Shown: positions 46,861 through 55,962, counted from the first letter of the stretch. The stretch is 64,000 nt of DNA from Waddliaceae bacterium (GCA_963783885.1 CAWAPJ010000029.1:37593-101592); one strand, 5' to 3'. Notes: generated by a model not told the origin, from the letters alone. Made by a program: numbers and translations.

Positions 46861-48693
46861 ATGTGCGGGATAGCAGCCTTGTTCGGCCTGGGCAATGATT
46901 TAAGCGTTATCGATGAAATGACCGATATCGCAAGCCACCGGGGCCCTGATGATCGGGGAGTGCAGCTGTTCCAGGGAGCCGCTTTAGGGCATCGCCGCCT
47001 CTCCATTCTCGATTTAACCGAGCATGGCCATCAGCCAATGGCCTCTCATTGCGGCAGGTTTCATATTGTTTACAACGGCGAGATTTACAATTACAAAGAA
47101 CTCAAAAGGGAGCTTGAAGGAAAAGGAGTCTGCTTTTCTTCTCATTCGGATACAGAAGTTCTCCTAAACGCCTTTTGCGAGTGGGGGAAGGATTGCCTTC
47201 ACAAGCTGAACGGGATGTTCGCTTTTGTCATTTATGACAAAGAGCAAAGACGTTTTTTTGCCGCAAGGGACCGCTTTGGCATCAAGCCTCTTTATTACTG
47301 GATTTCCCCTGCAGGGCTGATCGCTTTCGCATCGGAAATCAAGCAATTTACCGCTCTTGAAGGATGGAGGCCCAGACTGAATCATCAGCTTGCCTATGAT
47401 TTTCTCAATTGGGGGGTTCACGACCACACATCCGGAACTCTGTTTTCCGGTGTGAACCAATTGAGAGGGGGTGAATATGCCCAAGGATCAATTGGCGAGT
47501 CTGAAATTTGCCCAAAAAAATGGTACGTTTTAAAAACCCGGGGTCTAAAGATGTCCCCCGATGAAATCGCCAAGACTTATAGAGAGCTCCTTGCCGATTC
47601 GATAAGGCTGAGGCTAAGGGCTGATGTCTCGATCGGCTCCTGTCTTTCGGGAGGGCTCGATTCCTCCTCGATCGTCTGTCTGGTCGCAAAACAGCTACAA
47701 TCACAGCAGGCAGCAGAGAAGCAGAAGACATTTTCCGCCTGTTCTCATGTTGAGCGGTTCGATGAAAAACGGTTTATCGACATCGTGATCGAAAAAACGG
47801 GGCACCGGGCGCACTTTATCTATCCGGATATCGAAGATCTTTTTCGCGAGCTTGACTCCATCATATGGCATCAGGACGAACCGTTTGGTTCAACCAGTAT
47901 TTTTGCCCAGTGGGAGGTATTCAAGCTGGCAAAAAGGGAGCAGACAAAAGTTCTTCTCGACGGACAGGGGGCCGATGAGCAGCTTGGAGGGTATACGTCC
48001 TCATACGGTTTTCATTTTTATAATCTCTATCGCTGCATGAGGTGGTTAAAACTGTGGCAGGAAATGAGGCTTTCCCGGCCGACTCTTGGTTCGACGCTTC
48101 CTTTTAAGATGCTCGGAGCAAGAGTTTTGCCTGAAGTGGTGAAGCGTCCGCTTAGCAAGCTGTATCGACGGCCGGCAAGACGTCCCGAATGGTTGAATTT
48201 AAACATTCTCTTAGCAGATGACGTCTCGCCGTTTTTGTCTTTAGAAAGAAGCGGGCTGAAAGATTATTGCCAAACGATGATCGCCTCGTCCAGCCTGCCG
48301 ATGCTTCTCCATTATGAAGACCGCGACTCTATGGCATCATCAGTCGAGGCGAGGACGCCGTTTCTCGATTACCGGCTTGTGGAATTTGTTTTGGATCTTC
48401 CTTCCGAATGGCTGCTCGATCAGGGGACAACCAAAAGAGTTTTGCGCGAAGCTATGAAAGGGATCCTTCCTTCGGAGATTCTCGCCCGGCGGGATAAGAT
48501 CGGCTTTGCCACTCCCGAAGAGGTGTGGGCTCGCCATCCCGGCTTCTGCCATCTTCTTGAACAAGGGATCGCTTGTTCACAAGGGATGGTTACCCCTTCA
48601 GTCCTTAGTGATTTTGGGAGGGTGTTTACGGCTCGGTATTGGCGTATCATTAGTTTTGGCAGGTGGATGGAGCTTTTCAAAGTGAGGCTTTAG
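46861..48693 (+). CDS. asparagine synthase (glutamine-hydrolysing) family amidotransferase (AsnB/WbpS-like)
   Basis: The N-terminal nucleophile is MCGIAALFG (ATG at 46861, not the ORF-track start at 46738). The PP-loop is SCLSGGLDSS. Confidence 0.85.
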   Translation: MCGIAALFGLGNDLSVIDEMTDIASHRGPDDRGVQLFQGAALGHRRLSILDLTEHGHQPMASHCGRFHIVYNGEIYNYKELKRELEGKGVCFSSHSDTEVLLNAFCEWGKDCLHKLNGMFAFVIYDKEQRRFFAARDRFGIKPLYYWISPAGLIAFASEIKQFTALEGWRPRLNHQLAYDFLNWGVHDHTSGTLFSGVNQLRGGEYAQGSIGESEICPKKWYVLKTRGLKMSPDEIAKTYRELLADSIRLRLRADVSIGSCLSGGLDSSSIVCLVAKQLQSQQAAEKQKTFSACSHVERFDEKRFIDIVIEKTGHRAHFIYPDIEDLFRELDSIIWHQDEPFGSTSIFAQWEVFKLAKREQTKVLLDGQGADEQLGGYTSSYGFHFYNLYRCMRWLKLWQEMRLSRPTLGSTLPFKMLGARVLPEVVKRPLSKLYRRPARRPEWLNLNILLADDVSPFLSLERSGLKDYCQTMIASSSLPMLLHYEDRDSMASSVEARTPFLDYRLVEFVLDLPSEWLLDQGTTKRVLREAMKGILPSEILARRDKIGFATPEEVWARHPGFCHLLEQGIACSQGMVTPSVLSDFGRVFTARYWRIISFGRWMELFKVRL

Positions 48694-49896
48694 AAATTCA
48701 ACAATCTGGAGGGCAGTGATGCGTTCTTCCCTTTTCAGCTTCCAGCAGCGCCACAGAAGATATTTTAGGATATCGTCCTCGGGGGGTTCTTTCATTTGTT
48801 TGAGATATGCTTCGAGGTTGCTTCGATATTGCCTATAGGCGTATTCCAGTTTGTAACGCATCTGATACTTGTAGGCTTCTTGAAATCTATCGGCATCTTT
48901 CAACCATGCGGGTTCTTTCTCTCCGAGAAGCCTATAGATGACCCAGCCAAGGCTCCAAATATCCATAGCAAATGGATTGGCTATAAATTTATTGTAAAGT
49001 TCCGGGTAAAAGAAGTGTTCAAAGAGCTCGGGAGGCCAGTAGCCAATTGTTCCTCCGATGCCGAGTGCAACTTTTACTTGAGTCAAGTGGCGCGCTTGTC
49101 CGAAGCCGTCAAGTTTGACGACTATGCGCCCTTCTATAAGAGAAATCAGAGTATTTTCAACGCTTACATTGCCGTGAAGGTCTCCTCTGGAGTGCATATG
49201 ATGGAGCAGGCCGGCAATTTGATAGACGATCGAAAGTTTATCCTGCAGAGACAAAGGTATTTCCTTGTCTTTGATGACATCGAACAAATCACGCTGCAGC
49301 AGTTCGCTGATTTCCATATGCTTTACATGAGCTTGTTTCTTGATAGTTCCGATATAGGGAAATTCATGGAAAAGTTTGGGAATCTGCGCACTTTGATATT
49401 TTTTTCGATATGTCATTTCCCTATCGATCCTGTTTAGCTCTATTGACCCGTCTCGGTTAGGAAGACAAATAGATTTGGTTTTTTTTATCAGAAGAGTTAA
49501 TTGAGGCTTGTCCGAAAAATCAAAACAGAGCATGGGTTTGAAGCTTTTTTCCGAAGGATTTTTAGGGTCTTTTTTCTTGAGTCCAATTTTAGAAAGATAT
49601 CCAAAAGCCTCGCGGAAGTTTTCGCTGATGATTGAAAGATTGCCGTTGATTCTGTCGATATCGGCTGTTTTCAGCATAATGCAGAGCTTTTTTTCTTGCG
49701 GAAGAACAATGCAGGTTCTTTTTATTTGCTTTTCAAGCCTATTGAAGACAATCGGATCTTCATTGTCTTCAATACTTACTGTTCTTTGGTAGAGATTGTA
49801 AATTCTTTTGAAGTCCGGTTGATTGAGCTGGGGTAAAAGGAGGCCTGCTAGACGATAAAATTCGTCAAAAGTTTTCGGCGGTTGATTACAGACCAT
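48598..49896 (-). CDS. eukaryotic-like protein kinase fold, probable pseudokinase
   Basis: The kinase subdomains are recognisable (MHSRGDLHGNVSVENTLI, KLDGFGQA, GTIGYWPPELF, DIWSLGWVIYRLL). However, HRD reads HGN and DFG reads DGFG. Confidence 0.6.
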   Translation of the reverse strand: MVCNQPPKTFDEFYRLAGLLLPQLNQPDFKRIYNLYQRTVSIEDNEDPIVFNRLEKQIKRTCIVLPQEKKLCIMLKTADIDRINGNLSIISENFREAFGYLSKIGLKKKDPKNPSEKSFKPMLCFDFSDKPQLTLLIKKTKSICLPNRDGSIELNRIDREMTYRKKYQSAQIPKLFHEFPYIGTIKKQAHVKHMEISELLQRDLFDVIKDKEIPLSLQDKLSIVYQIAGLLHHMHSRGDLHGNVSVENTLISLIEGRIVVKLDGFGQARHLTQVKVALGIGGTIGYWPPELFEHFFYPELYNKFIANPFAMDIWSLGWVIYRLLGEKEPAWLKDADRFQEAYKYQMRYKLEYAYRQYRSNLEAYLKQMKEPPEDDILKYLLWRCWKLKREERITALQIVEFLKPHFEKLHPPAKTNDTPIPSRKHPPKITKD

Positions 49897-49902
49897 AGGA
49901 CA

Positions 49903-51192
49903 TCACACAATGTATCGTTCCCACGCGCCATAGCGTTCTTTAATTTTGCCGCGGGGGAAGGTTAACGCAATCAAAAGCAACCCTACAATAATGTGGCTTA
50001 TCAGTCCACCCCCATGAGAAAAGAAGAGCAAAAAGAAAGCAAAAATCCCGAAAAACAGATTGATAAAACGTGCCGCTCTGACCACTTCTGCCATGGAAAT
50101 GATGGAGATGGCCACGACCAAAGCTCCGATAATGTGGTCCAGATCTCCCACTAGTTTCGGCTCGTCCAGAACATGCGGCGAAAACATCAGCCAAAGTCCC
50201 AGGATCGCTGTTAACCACAGGTTCCAGGGGAAGCTTATCCCCCAAATCATCGAGCCTGCCATTTTATACGAAGCGACAGAAGGGGTTCTGCTGTCGGTTT
50301 CTTCACCCTCGGCATGGCCGCCGCGCCAAAAGACTTTTGAGAAGTTTCCTTTCTTTTTCGCTTGGTGGAGAAAGTGGAGGACAGCGATCACTTCATCGAT
50401 GGCAAGAGCAATCATAAAGAGCATGCACACTGCGGTGAGCAGGCACCAGAAGCACCAGTGGCCAACCATAATCGGCTGAAGCATAATCAGCACAATGCTT
50501 GTAAAACCGAGAGGAACGACCAGGATCGCAAAAAGAACAACGAACCAAGGGATTGTATGCCATCTTTTCACCCCTCCATGCGCTCCCATAAGAGTTTCTA
50601 TTGTGTAGGCCATAGCGCCAAGCCCTGCGTCAGCAACAGGAAATTCTTTTGACACTGTAGACGTAATCACATCCCGGGTGCCGTTTCCAAAGACAGGGTC
50701 GTAGACGTTGTCCAGGTATCCCAGCTGATAGCAGGCCATGTAGCGGGCGAACATCCAGGCAAAGAATCCCAGGAAGATAATCGGAATTCTTTGCGGCCAG
50801 GAAGAGGGGTTGTAGGACCACCCTTCGGGAATTGAAGCGCCCCCCACAGCCTCTTCGATGGGGTCTCTAGGGATGAGTACGGCAAGAGCGATCACTAAAG
50901 CGCCTACAAGAGTATCATTCAAATAGGTAACCGCCTCAGGAGCCCAGAAAGCAAGCGGAGCGAACTGCAGCCAAACCGCGACAACCGACAGGGCCCATCT
51001 TGGCCATATTTGCCTGAAGGTGAGGTCGTAGAGGCTGATCACAATCAGCAGGATTCCGCAGACAATATCGCTCACAGCCATCGGCAGGCTGTGCTGCGTG
51101 AATGAAAAGGTGCAGGCGATCAGCCAAAGCCCCAGTCCGATAACCGCATAATGGGTCCAGAAACTTTTATTTTGATGTAAATTATTTTGCAT
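49903..51192 (-). CDS. polytopic membrane protein with an intramembrane CxxC (VKOR-like core) flanked by SPW-like repeats
   Basis: The 429-aa ORF has about 10 or more TMs, HWCFWCLLTAVC, a VKOR-like loop (VITSTVSKEFPVADAGLGAMAY), and the terminal repeats LGLWLMFSPHVL and LGLWLIACTFSF. Confidence 0.4.
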   Translation of the reverse strand: MQNNLHQNKSFWTHYAVIGLGLWLIACTFSFTQHSLPMAVSDIVCGILLIVISLYDLTFRQIWPRWALSVVAVWLQFAPLAFWAPEAVTYLNDTLVGALVIALAVLIPRDPIEEAVGGASIPEGWSYNPSSWPQRIPIIFLGFFAWMFARYMACYQLGYLDNVYDPVFGNGTRDVITSTVSKEFPVADAGLGAMAYTIETLMGAHGGVKRWHTIPWFVVLFAILVVPLGFTSIVLIMLQPIMVGHWCFWCLLTAVCMLFMIALAIDEVIAVLHFLHQAKKKGNFSKVFWRGGHAEGEETDSRTPSVASYKMAGSMIWGISFPWNLWLTAILGLWLMFSPHVLDEPKLVGDLDHIIGALVVAISIISMAEVVRAARFINLFFGIFAFFLLFFSHGGGLISHIIVGLLLIALTFPRGKIKERYGAWERYIV

Positions 51193-52273
51193 GGGCTTGA
51201 ATGTGTTTTTTTATGTGTTCTGCCATTTGTAATCCGTTTTCCTCATACCATTTTATGGGATCGTTTTTCAGCGGCTCCAGCATTACCGGAAGCGAATCCT
51301 TGATAAAATGTTTGGGAGTCCATCCAAGCACTTCTTTGGCTTTGGTAATATCAAGGGCGTAGTGGTCGTCTGCCAGATCGATCATCCAGGGCTGAACAAA
51401 ATCATCGCTGAAGAAGGGAAGGTGCTCTTCGATCCAGGCTCCTTCTTTTGCCAGCCATTTTGGAAGCCGGAGAATGTGGAAGTCTTTGTGTTCTAAAATT
51501 TCCGAGATCGTGTACTGGAGGTCTTTGTAGCTGACGGTTTTGTCCTCGCCGATAATGACGACGAAGGGGTTCGGCAGTTTATCCTTTTTCTGAATAGACA
51601 GCTCAAAGGCGTCGACTAAATCGTCTAAGTGGAGGAAGGGGTTTCCGTGAGACGTATCGCCCGGGAAAAGGTGGGCGTTCAACTGGTGTTCATAAATCCG
51701 TTGAATATTGTGGGATATGGGAATCGAGTGGCACCAGTCGTCATAGCATCCGGCGATTTGCATGATTACGGCCGGGATGTCGCCATGAAGCTCGTGAATG
51801 ACTTTTTCGGTTTTGACCTTGGACTTTGGATAATCCCACTTAGGCTCGACAGGAGAATTTTCGTTGATGGTTTCGCCGACCTCGCAAGGTTTGTAGATGA
51901 GAAGGGTGCTGGAAAATGTGAACTGGTCGACTTTGTCGAATTTTTCATTCAGCCCTTGAAGCATCCGCCTTGTCCCTTGAACTGTGATGGAGTCGTAGAG
52001 TTCGGGTTTTTGATTGGAAAACGAGTAGTAGGCTGCCAAATGGATGACGGGGCCGATTTCCGCGCCGTATTTGTTTCTTACCTGATCAAGGGCGTCGTTC
52101 ACACTTTCGTCTGAAGAAATATCCATGTTAATATGGTGCATTTTCTTTTCGTGGGGATGTTCTTTGCGGTCGAATCCCACAACTTGATAATCATCTGCAA
52201 AGCGGTGGACACAGAGCCTGCCGATCCTGCCGCTCGCGCCTGTAATCAACATGACTTTCTTATCTTTAGCCAT
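51182..52273 (-). CDS. NAD-dependent epimerase/dehydratase (extended SDR)
   Basis: It has a Rossmann motif (MLITGASGRIGR) and a YPKSK catalytic motif. It overlaps the downstream membrane-protein gene by 11 nt. Confidence 0.75.
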   Translation of the reverse strand: MAKDKKVMLITGASGRIGRLCVHRFADDYQVVGFDRKEHPHEKKMHHINMDISSDESVNDALDQVRNKYGAEIGPVIHLAAYYSFSNQKPELYDSITVQGTRRMLQGLNEKFDKVDQFTFSSTLLIYKPCEVGETINENSPVEPKWDYPKSKVKTEKVIHELHGDIPAVIMQIAGCYDDWCHSIPISHNIQRIYEHQLNAHLFPGDTSHGNPFLHLDDLVDAFELSIQKKDKLPNPFVVIIGEDKTVSYKDLQYTISEILEHKDFHILRLPKWLAKEGAWIEEHLPFFSDDFVQPWMIDLADDHYALDITKAKEVLGWTPKHFIKDSLPVMLEPLKNDPIKWYEENGLQMAEHIKKHIQAHAK

Positions 52274-52368
52274 TTCTCAACCTCAATACATTCAATGGTT
52301 TAAAATTAATTGAAATTTTTCTCTACTAATTTTTTCTATAAGTGATTTTTTGAAATGAGGCAAGGGAT

Positions 52369-52403
52369 AAAAAAAAGCCCTGAATATCCTTGATATTCAG
52401 GGC
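52369..52403 (-). terminator. rho-independent terminator downstream of tRNA-Ser
   Basis: On the minus strand it reads GCCCTGAATAT-CAAGG-ATATTCAGGGC followed by T8. Confidence 0.75.
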
Positions 52404-52407
52404 GATA

Positions 52408-52494
52408 CGGAAAGAGAGGGATTCGAACCCTCGATACCCTTACGGGTATACGTCCTTAGCAGGGACGCGCCTTCGGCCGCTCGGCCATCTTTCC
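52408..52494 (-). tRNA. tRNA-Ser (anticodon GCU), class II with long variable arm, no encoded CCA
   Basis: Manual fold of the reverse complement: GGAAAGA TG GCC GAGCGGCCGAA GGC G CGTCC CTGCTAA GGACG T ATACCC GTAA GGGTAT C GAGGG TTCGAAT CCCTC TCTTTCC G. Confidence 0.9.
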
Positions 52495-52615
52495 CTAAGC
52501 AAAGAACACCTATTCTATACGACATCTTTGATTTTGGGCAAGTAGGTCGCGATACCCTCGAGATAAAAATTTTGTTAGTTAGTTAACTTGATAGAGTCAT
52601 AGATAGTGTGAAAAA

Positions 52616-54058
52616 TCAGGCAGAAGGAATGCTTTCATTTTTACGAGGAAAGATTTTATCATATGTTTCTAGAGCATCTTCCATTTTAGGTCTTTGATCG
52701 GGATCAATTTGCGTCATATGGTCAAGCAGATTGACGAATTGATCAACCTTATCCTCTTCAATAACTTTTTGTTCTTTCAATTGTTTGGCCAAAAGTTTGA
52801 TATATCTATCTAAAACTTGCTTTTGAAATAACTTTTCATCTTGGGATAGGTTCATTAATTTGGCTCTTCTTAACAAGGTTGACCAGCCGCTTCCCGCAGT
52901 GGCTTGAAAAGCTTCGTGTTCAATGACAAATCTTTCAATTCCTCTTTTATTTCGAATACGTTCATTTTTGTATTTTCCCTCTTCCACTTTTTCCCAAGTC
53001 TTTATAAATTCGTCTTTTTGCGCTTCTTCCACTTCACCCCAAAGAGATGTGTTCCGATTCTTATCTAAAACCTGTTCTTCAAAATTTCTTATCAGCACAA
53101 GTGCAGCTCCCCAGACTTCTCCTTTTGTACTTAATTTGCCCTCAGGAGAGATAAAGCGAATATTTCCTGAATATTTTTGTGGTATTTCCTTTCTAGTTTT
53201 TTTATTAGTTTTGATTTCGCTGGTCTTTCCGAAGTCGGCGATTTTAAGGGTCTGATCTTTTCCTGTTCCGTATATCAGACAGTTTTCAGGTTTGATATCC
53301 CCATAAATAAAGCCAGCATTTTGCAATTCAGTCATCCCTTCGAGGTATTGCCTTCCAAACTCAATTCGGGTTTCGATATTAAGGTTTTCTTGAATTTTAT
53401 CTTCAAAATTTCCACCTTCGGCAAAGGGTACTTTGAGGCCGTATCGAGCTTTACCTGATTGACCTATAAGTTCAATTTCGTCGGTTTTAGTAGCCAAGTG
53501 CTGAGGTTCACTTTCTGATTTTTTATTGATTGCATCGTAAGTTTTCTTTTCCGCGCGAAGATTTTTTTCTCTGGATTTCCAAAAAGTTTTGACTGGTGCG
53601 TAAAAGGCTTCTTCCTGTTTATTTATGTCTTTTCTTGGTTGGTTTTTCTCAGGTATGTATAAGGCACTTGTGATCTCTTGAGATACAAATAGAGGGTTTG
53701 GTTTAAATTCCCTTTTGCGATAGACGATTTTCTCTTTTCCTCGGGTCAATTCTTTAATATCTTTAAAGGCAACTCGATCTGTTTTCGCTGCTGTAGATTG
53801 GAGTGTTTTTTTTGATTTGAAGAAGAATTGCTGGATTCTAGCGCTTATTTTTCTCAAACCTCTTATCAGAGAACGGCTTGCGGTTATATCTCTTCGTGCT
53901 GCCTGTTCTCTTCTCGTTTGTTGGTTTGAGAGTGATCTATTTTCAACATACTGAATTTTAGATTCTTGAGTTTTTAAAGGTTTAGCCGTCACCCAATTTT
54001 GGGTTTGCTCTACAGGGGGACTGCTGTTGCCTTTTATTTCAGGGGCTCCGTTAGCCAT
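52616..54058 (-). CDS. eukaryotic-like Ser/Thr protein kinase with a long low-complexity N-terminal region
   Basis: It has a catalytic loop (FIYGDIKPENCLI), the DFG motif in KIADFGKT, and an APE-like motif (IRFISPEG). The N-terminal ~190 aa are polar and basic. The gene is AT-rich. Confidence 0.65.
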   Translation of the reverse strand: MANGAPEIKGNSSPPVEQTQNWVTAKPLKTQESKIQYVENRSLSNQQTRREQAARRDITASRSLIRGLRKISARIQQFFFKSKKTLQSTAAKTDRVAFKDIKELTRGKEKIVYRKREFKPNPLFVSQEITSALYIPEKNQPRKDINKQEEAFYAPVKTFWKSREKNLRAEKKTYDAINKKSESEPQHLATKTDEIELIGQSGKARYGLKVPFAEGGNFEDKIQENLNIETRIEFGRQYLEGMTELQNAGFIYGDIKPENCLIYGTGKDQTLKIADFGKTSEIKTNKKTRKEIPQKYSGNIRFISPEGKLSTKGEVWGAALVLIRNFEEQVLDKNRNTSLWGEVEEAQKDEFIKTWEKVEEGKYKNERIRNKRGIERFVIEHEAFQATAGSGWSTLLRRAKLMNLSQDEKLFQKQVLDRYIKLLAKQLKEQKVIEEDKVDQFVNLLDHMTQIDPDQRPKMEDALETYDKIFPRKNESIPSA

Positions 54059-54242
54059 AATTAACCTTTTAATATTATGTTTATTAACTAGTATTATTAT
54101 AATTAATTATTAATTAAATGTAAATTTTATTATAAAATTATATTAATTAAATTATTAAAAAACAATAAACTAAAATTAGCTTTTTTCTTGCCAAATAAGC
54201 CGAAAAGAGTGTATTATACCGCAAAAAAGGAGCATTTTTTCT

Positions 54243-55151
54243 ATGAATTCTATCCGTCGAGTATCTATCTATGAATCTTCCCTAAGAGATGGCTTGCAGG
54301 CTCTTAAACAAAACATTCCTACCAAAGTTAAAATTGGCTTTGGCAAACGACTGGAAAAAGCGGGATTTAAAAATATCGAAGTCGGCAGCGTGACTAAGAT
54401 TGAGCAAATGAGAGATAGCGAAGCGGTCTTTAAAGAGCTGAATAAAAGCGGATCGGCAAAATATTGGACTTTGGTTCCCAATCCGAAAGGTTTGCATAAG
54501 GCCATCATGTGGGGGTGCAGGCATTTTGGGATTCCCGCGTCGGCATCAGACCCTTTTTCTCGCGCCAACATTCGGAGAGGAATTACCGAAGCTTATGAAG
54601 ATTGGCATCTTCCCATGCTTCAGAAAACTGCCTATGAAGGAATAAAAGTACGCTTTTATCTCTCATGCAGTTTCGGATATAAAAGCCCTGATGATGTCAC
54701 TGAAGAGGTTGTTGTCACTCTAGGGTCAATGGCCCATAGATATAACGCCAAAATTGTTCTTTCCGACACGATGGGCTGGGCAACTCCGGATAAAGTCCGA
54801 AGGTTGTTTCAAGAGTTTTGGAATGAAGGTTTTTTACCCAGCGATCTGGCGTTTCACCCGCATGGCCCCCCTAAGCGTGTTATGGAAAATACCGCAGCGG
54901 CAATCCAGGAGTTTATCAAGCGTGAACAGGTACTGGGAGAAGTCGCCGCGGGGGGCTTTGGTTTGGGGGAAATCGACGCTACAATTAGAAATTTTGGAGG
55001 ATGTCCCGCAGCGCAAAAAGCGGCAGGCCGCGATCTCAATAATGTCCCGACGCAGGATGTCATCAGTTATTGCAATGCCCAGAATATCCTCACAGGTGTT
55101 GATCTGGAGAAGGTGAACGAGGCAAGCAACTTTTTTATATCTTCGCTGTAG
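54243..55151 (+). CDS. HMG-CoA lyase-like (HMGL/DRE-TIM) enzyme
   Basis: It has SLRDGLQA at the N-terminus, VPNPKG, and LAFHPHG metal-ligand-like blocks. Length is 302 aa. Confidence 0.65.
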   Translation: MNSIRRVSIYESSLRDGLQALKQNIPTKVKIGFGKRLEKAGFKNIEVGSVTKIEQMRDSEAVFKELNKSGSAKYWTLVPNPKGLHKAIMWGCRHFGIPASASDPFSRANIRRGITEAYEDWHLPMLQKTAYEGIKVRFYLSCSFGYKSPDDVTEEVVVTLGSMAHRYNAKIVLSDTMGWATPDKVRRLFQEFWNEGFLPSDLAFHPHGPPKRVMENTAAAIQEFIKREQVLGEVAAGGFGLGEIDATIRNFGGCPAAQKAAGRDLNNVPTQDVISYCNAQNILTGVDLEKVNEASNFFISSL

Positions 55152-55962
55152 ATGGATGCTCAAGGATTTTTTCTATCGCTTTTTGAAAGAGCCATTGTCT
55201 GGAGTCGGGGTCTCGGGATAATTCGCGGTGAATTTCTTCCCAATTATGCCAGCGAAAATATCTGTTGAAGTTTTCCGAAGAGTGTTCAAAGCTCGAAAAG
55301 AACTGTTTTTCCGGCTCGATTTCGAGGTGGACCATAGAATGCACCACGATTCCTTTGCCGTGAATTGAAGTCAATACGGCCGGTTTTTTGTTCTCCTGAT
55401 AAGTCGCCAGAACCTCTCCCTTCCATGATTCATCGGGAAAATAGCACCCCCCTCCGCTTAATAGAGCTTTGATTTTCTTGTCGCCACAGCTTAAGGCGGC
55501 GACTTTGTGAATGAAGGGGAGGGGGCATTCTTTAGCTGCGGGATAAATGGGGCCGGAGGCTTTTCCCGGAAATAGGCGCATTTTCCCTTGTTTGGTGATG
55601 TTGTTAAAGGTGCGCTCTGTCGCGGCGGCGTAGGAAGCTCCGCAGATCATTACAGCGGCTCCGCCTTGATGGATAAATTTTCTAAGCTCTTCGAAGCGGC
55701 CGCTTATTTCAGCTTCAAGTACAGATGATGGTCCCCCCGGGATGACGAGGACAGTACGCCCGGGCTGCCATTTCGAGGGTTGAAAATCAAACGCTGAAAT
55801 CTTTTTGATGTCCCAATGGGCGCTGAAATGTCCCTTAGCTTTCCTGATAAGCCGCTCAAGTTTTGAAGATGTGCTGCCAAAAGTCCCTTTCCCGTCATAA
55901 ATGAGAAAAGAGTCGATTGGGCATTTGCCGCTAACTTCTGGCGCCATAGATGCGAGCCGCAA
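55135..55962 (-). CDS. stand-alone BPL_N domain protein (biotin-protein-ligase N-terminal, GATase-like fold)
   Basis: It is colinear with my recollection of the yeast Bpl1 N-terminal domain: FLIYDGKGT, VLVIPGGPS, HQGGAAVMICGASYAA, RLFPGKASGPIY, SGGGCYF, GEVLATY, PAVLTSIHGKGIVV. Confidence 0.65.
   Translation of the reverse strand: MRLASMAPEVSGKCPIDSFLIYDGKGTFGSTSSKLERLIRKAKGHFSAHWDIKKISAFDFQPSKWQPGRTVLVIPGGPSSVLEAEISGRFEELRKFIHQGGAAVMICGASYAAATERTFNNITKQGKMRLFPGKASGPIYPAAKECPLPFIHKVAALSCGDKKIKALLSGGGCYFPDESWKGEVLATYQENKKPAVLTSIHGKGIVVHSMVHLEIEPEKQFFSSFEHSSENFNRYFRWHNWEEIHRELSRDPDSRQWLFQKAIEKILEHPSTAKI

Noticed and set aside
52274-54242. Genomic island integrated at tRNA-Ser
   Set aside because: I found no integrase, transposase or phage gene and no visible direct repeat of the tRNA 3' end. 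Only one AT-rich kinase gene is present. The evidence is insufficient, so it is kept as a low-key note in the findings.
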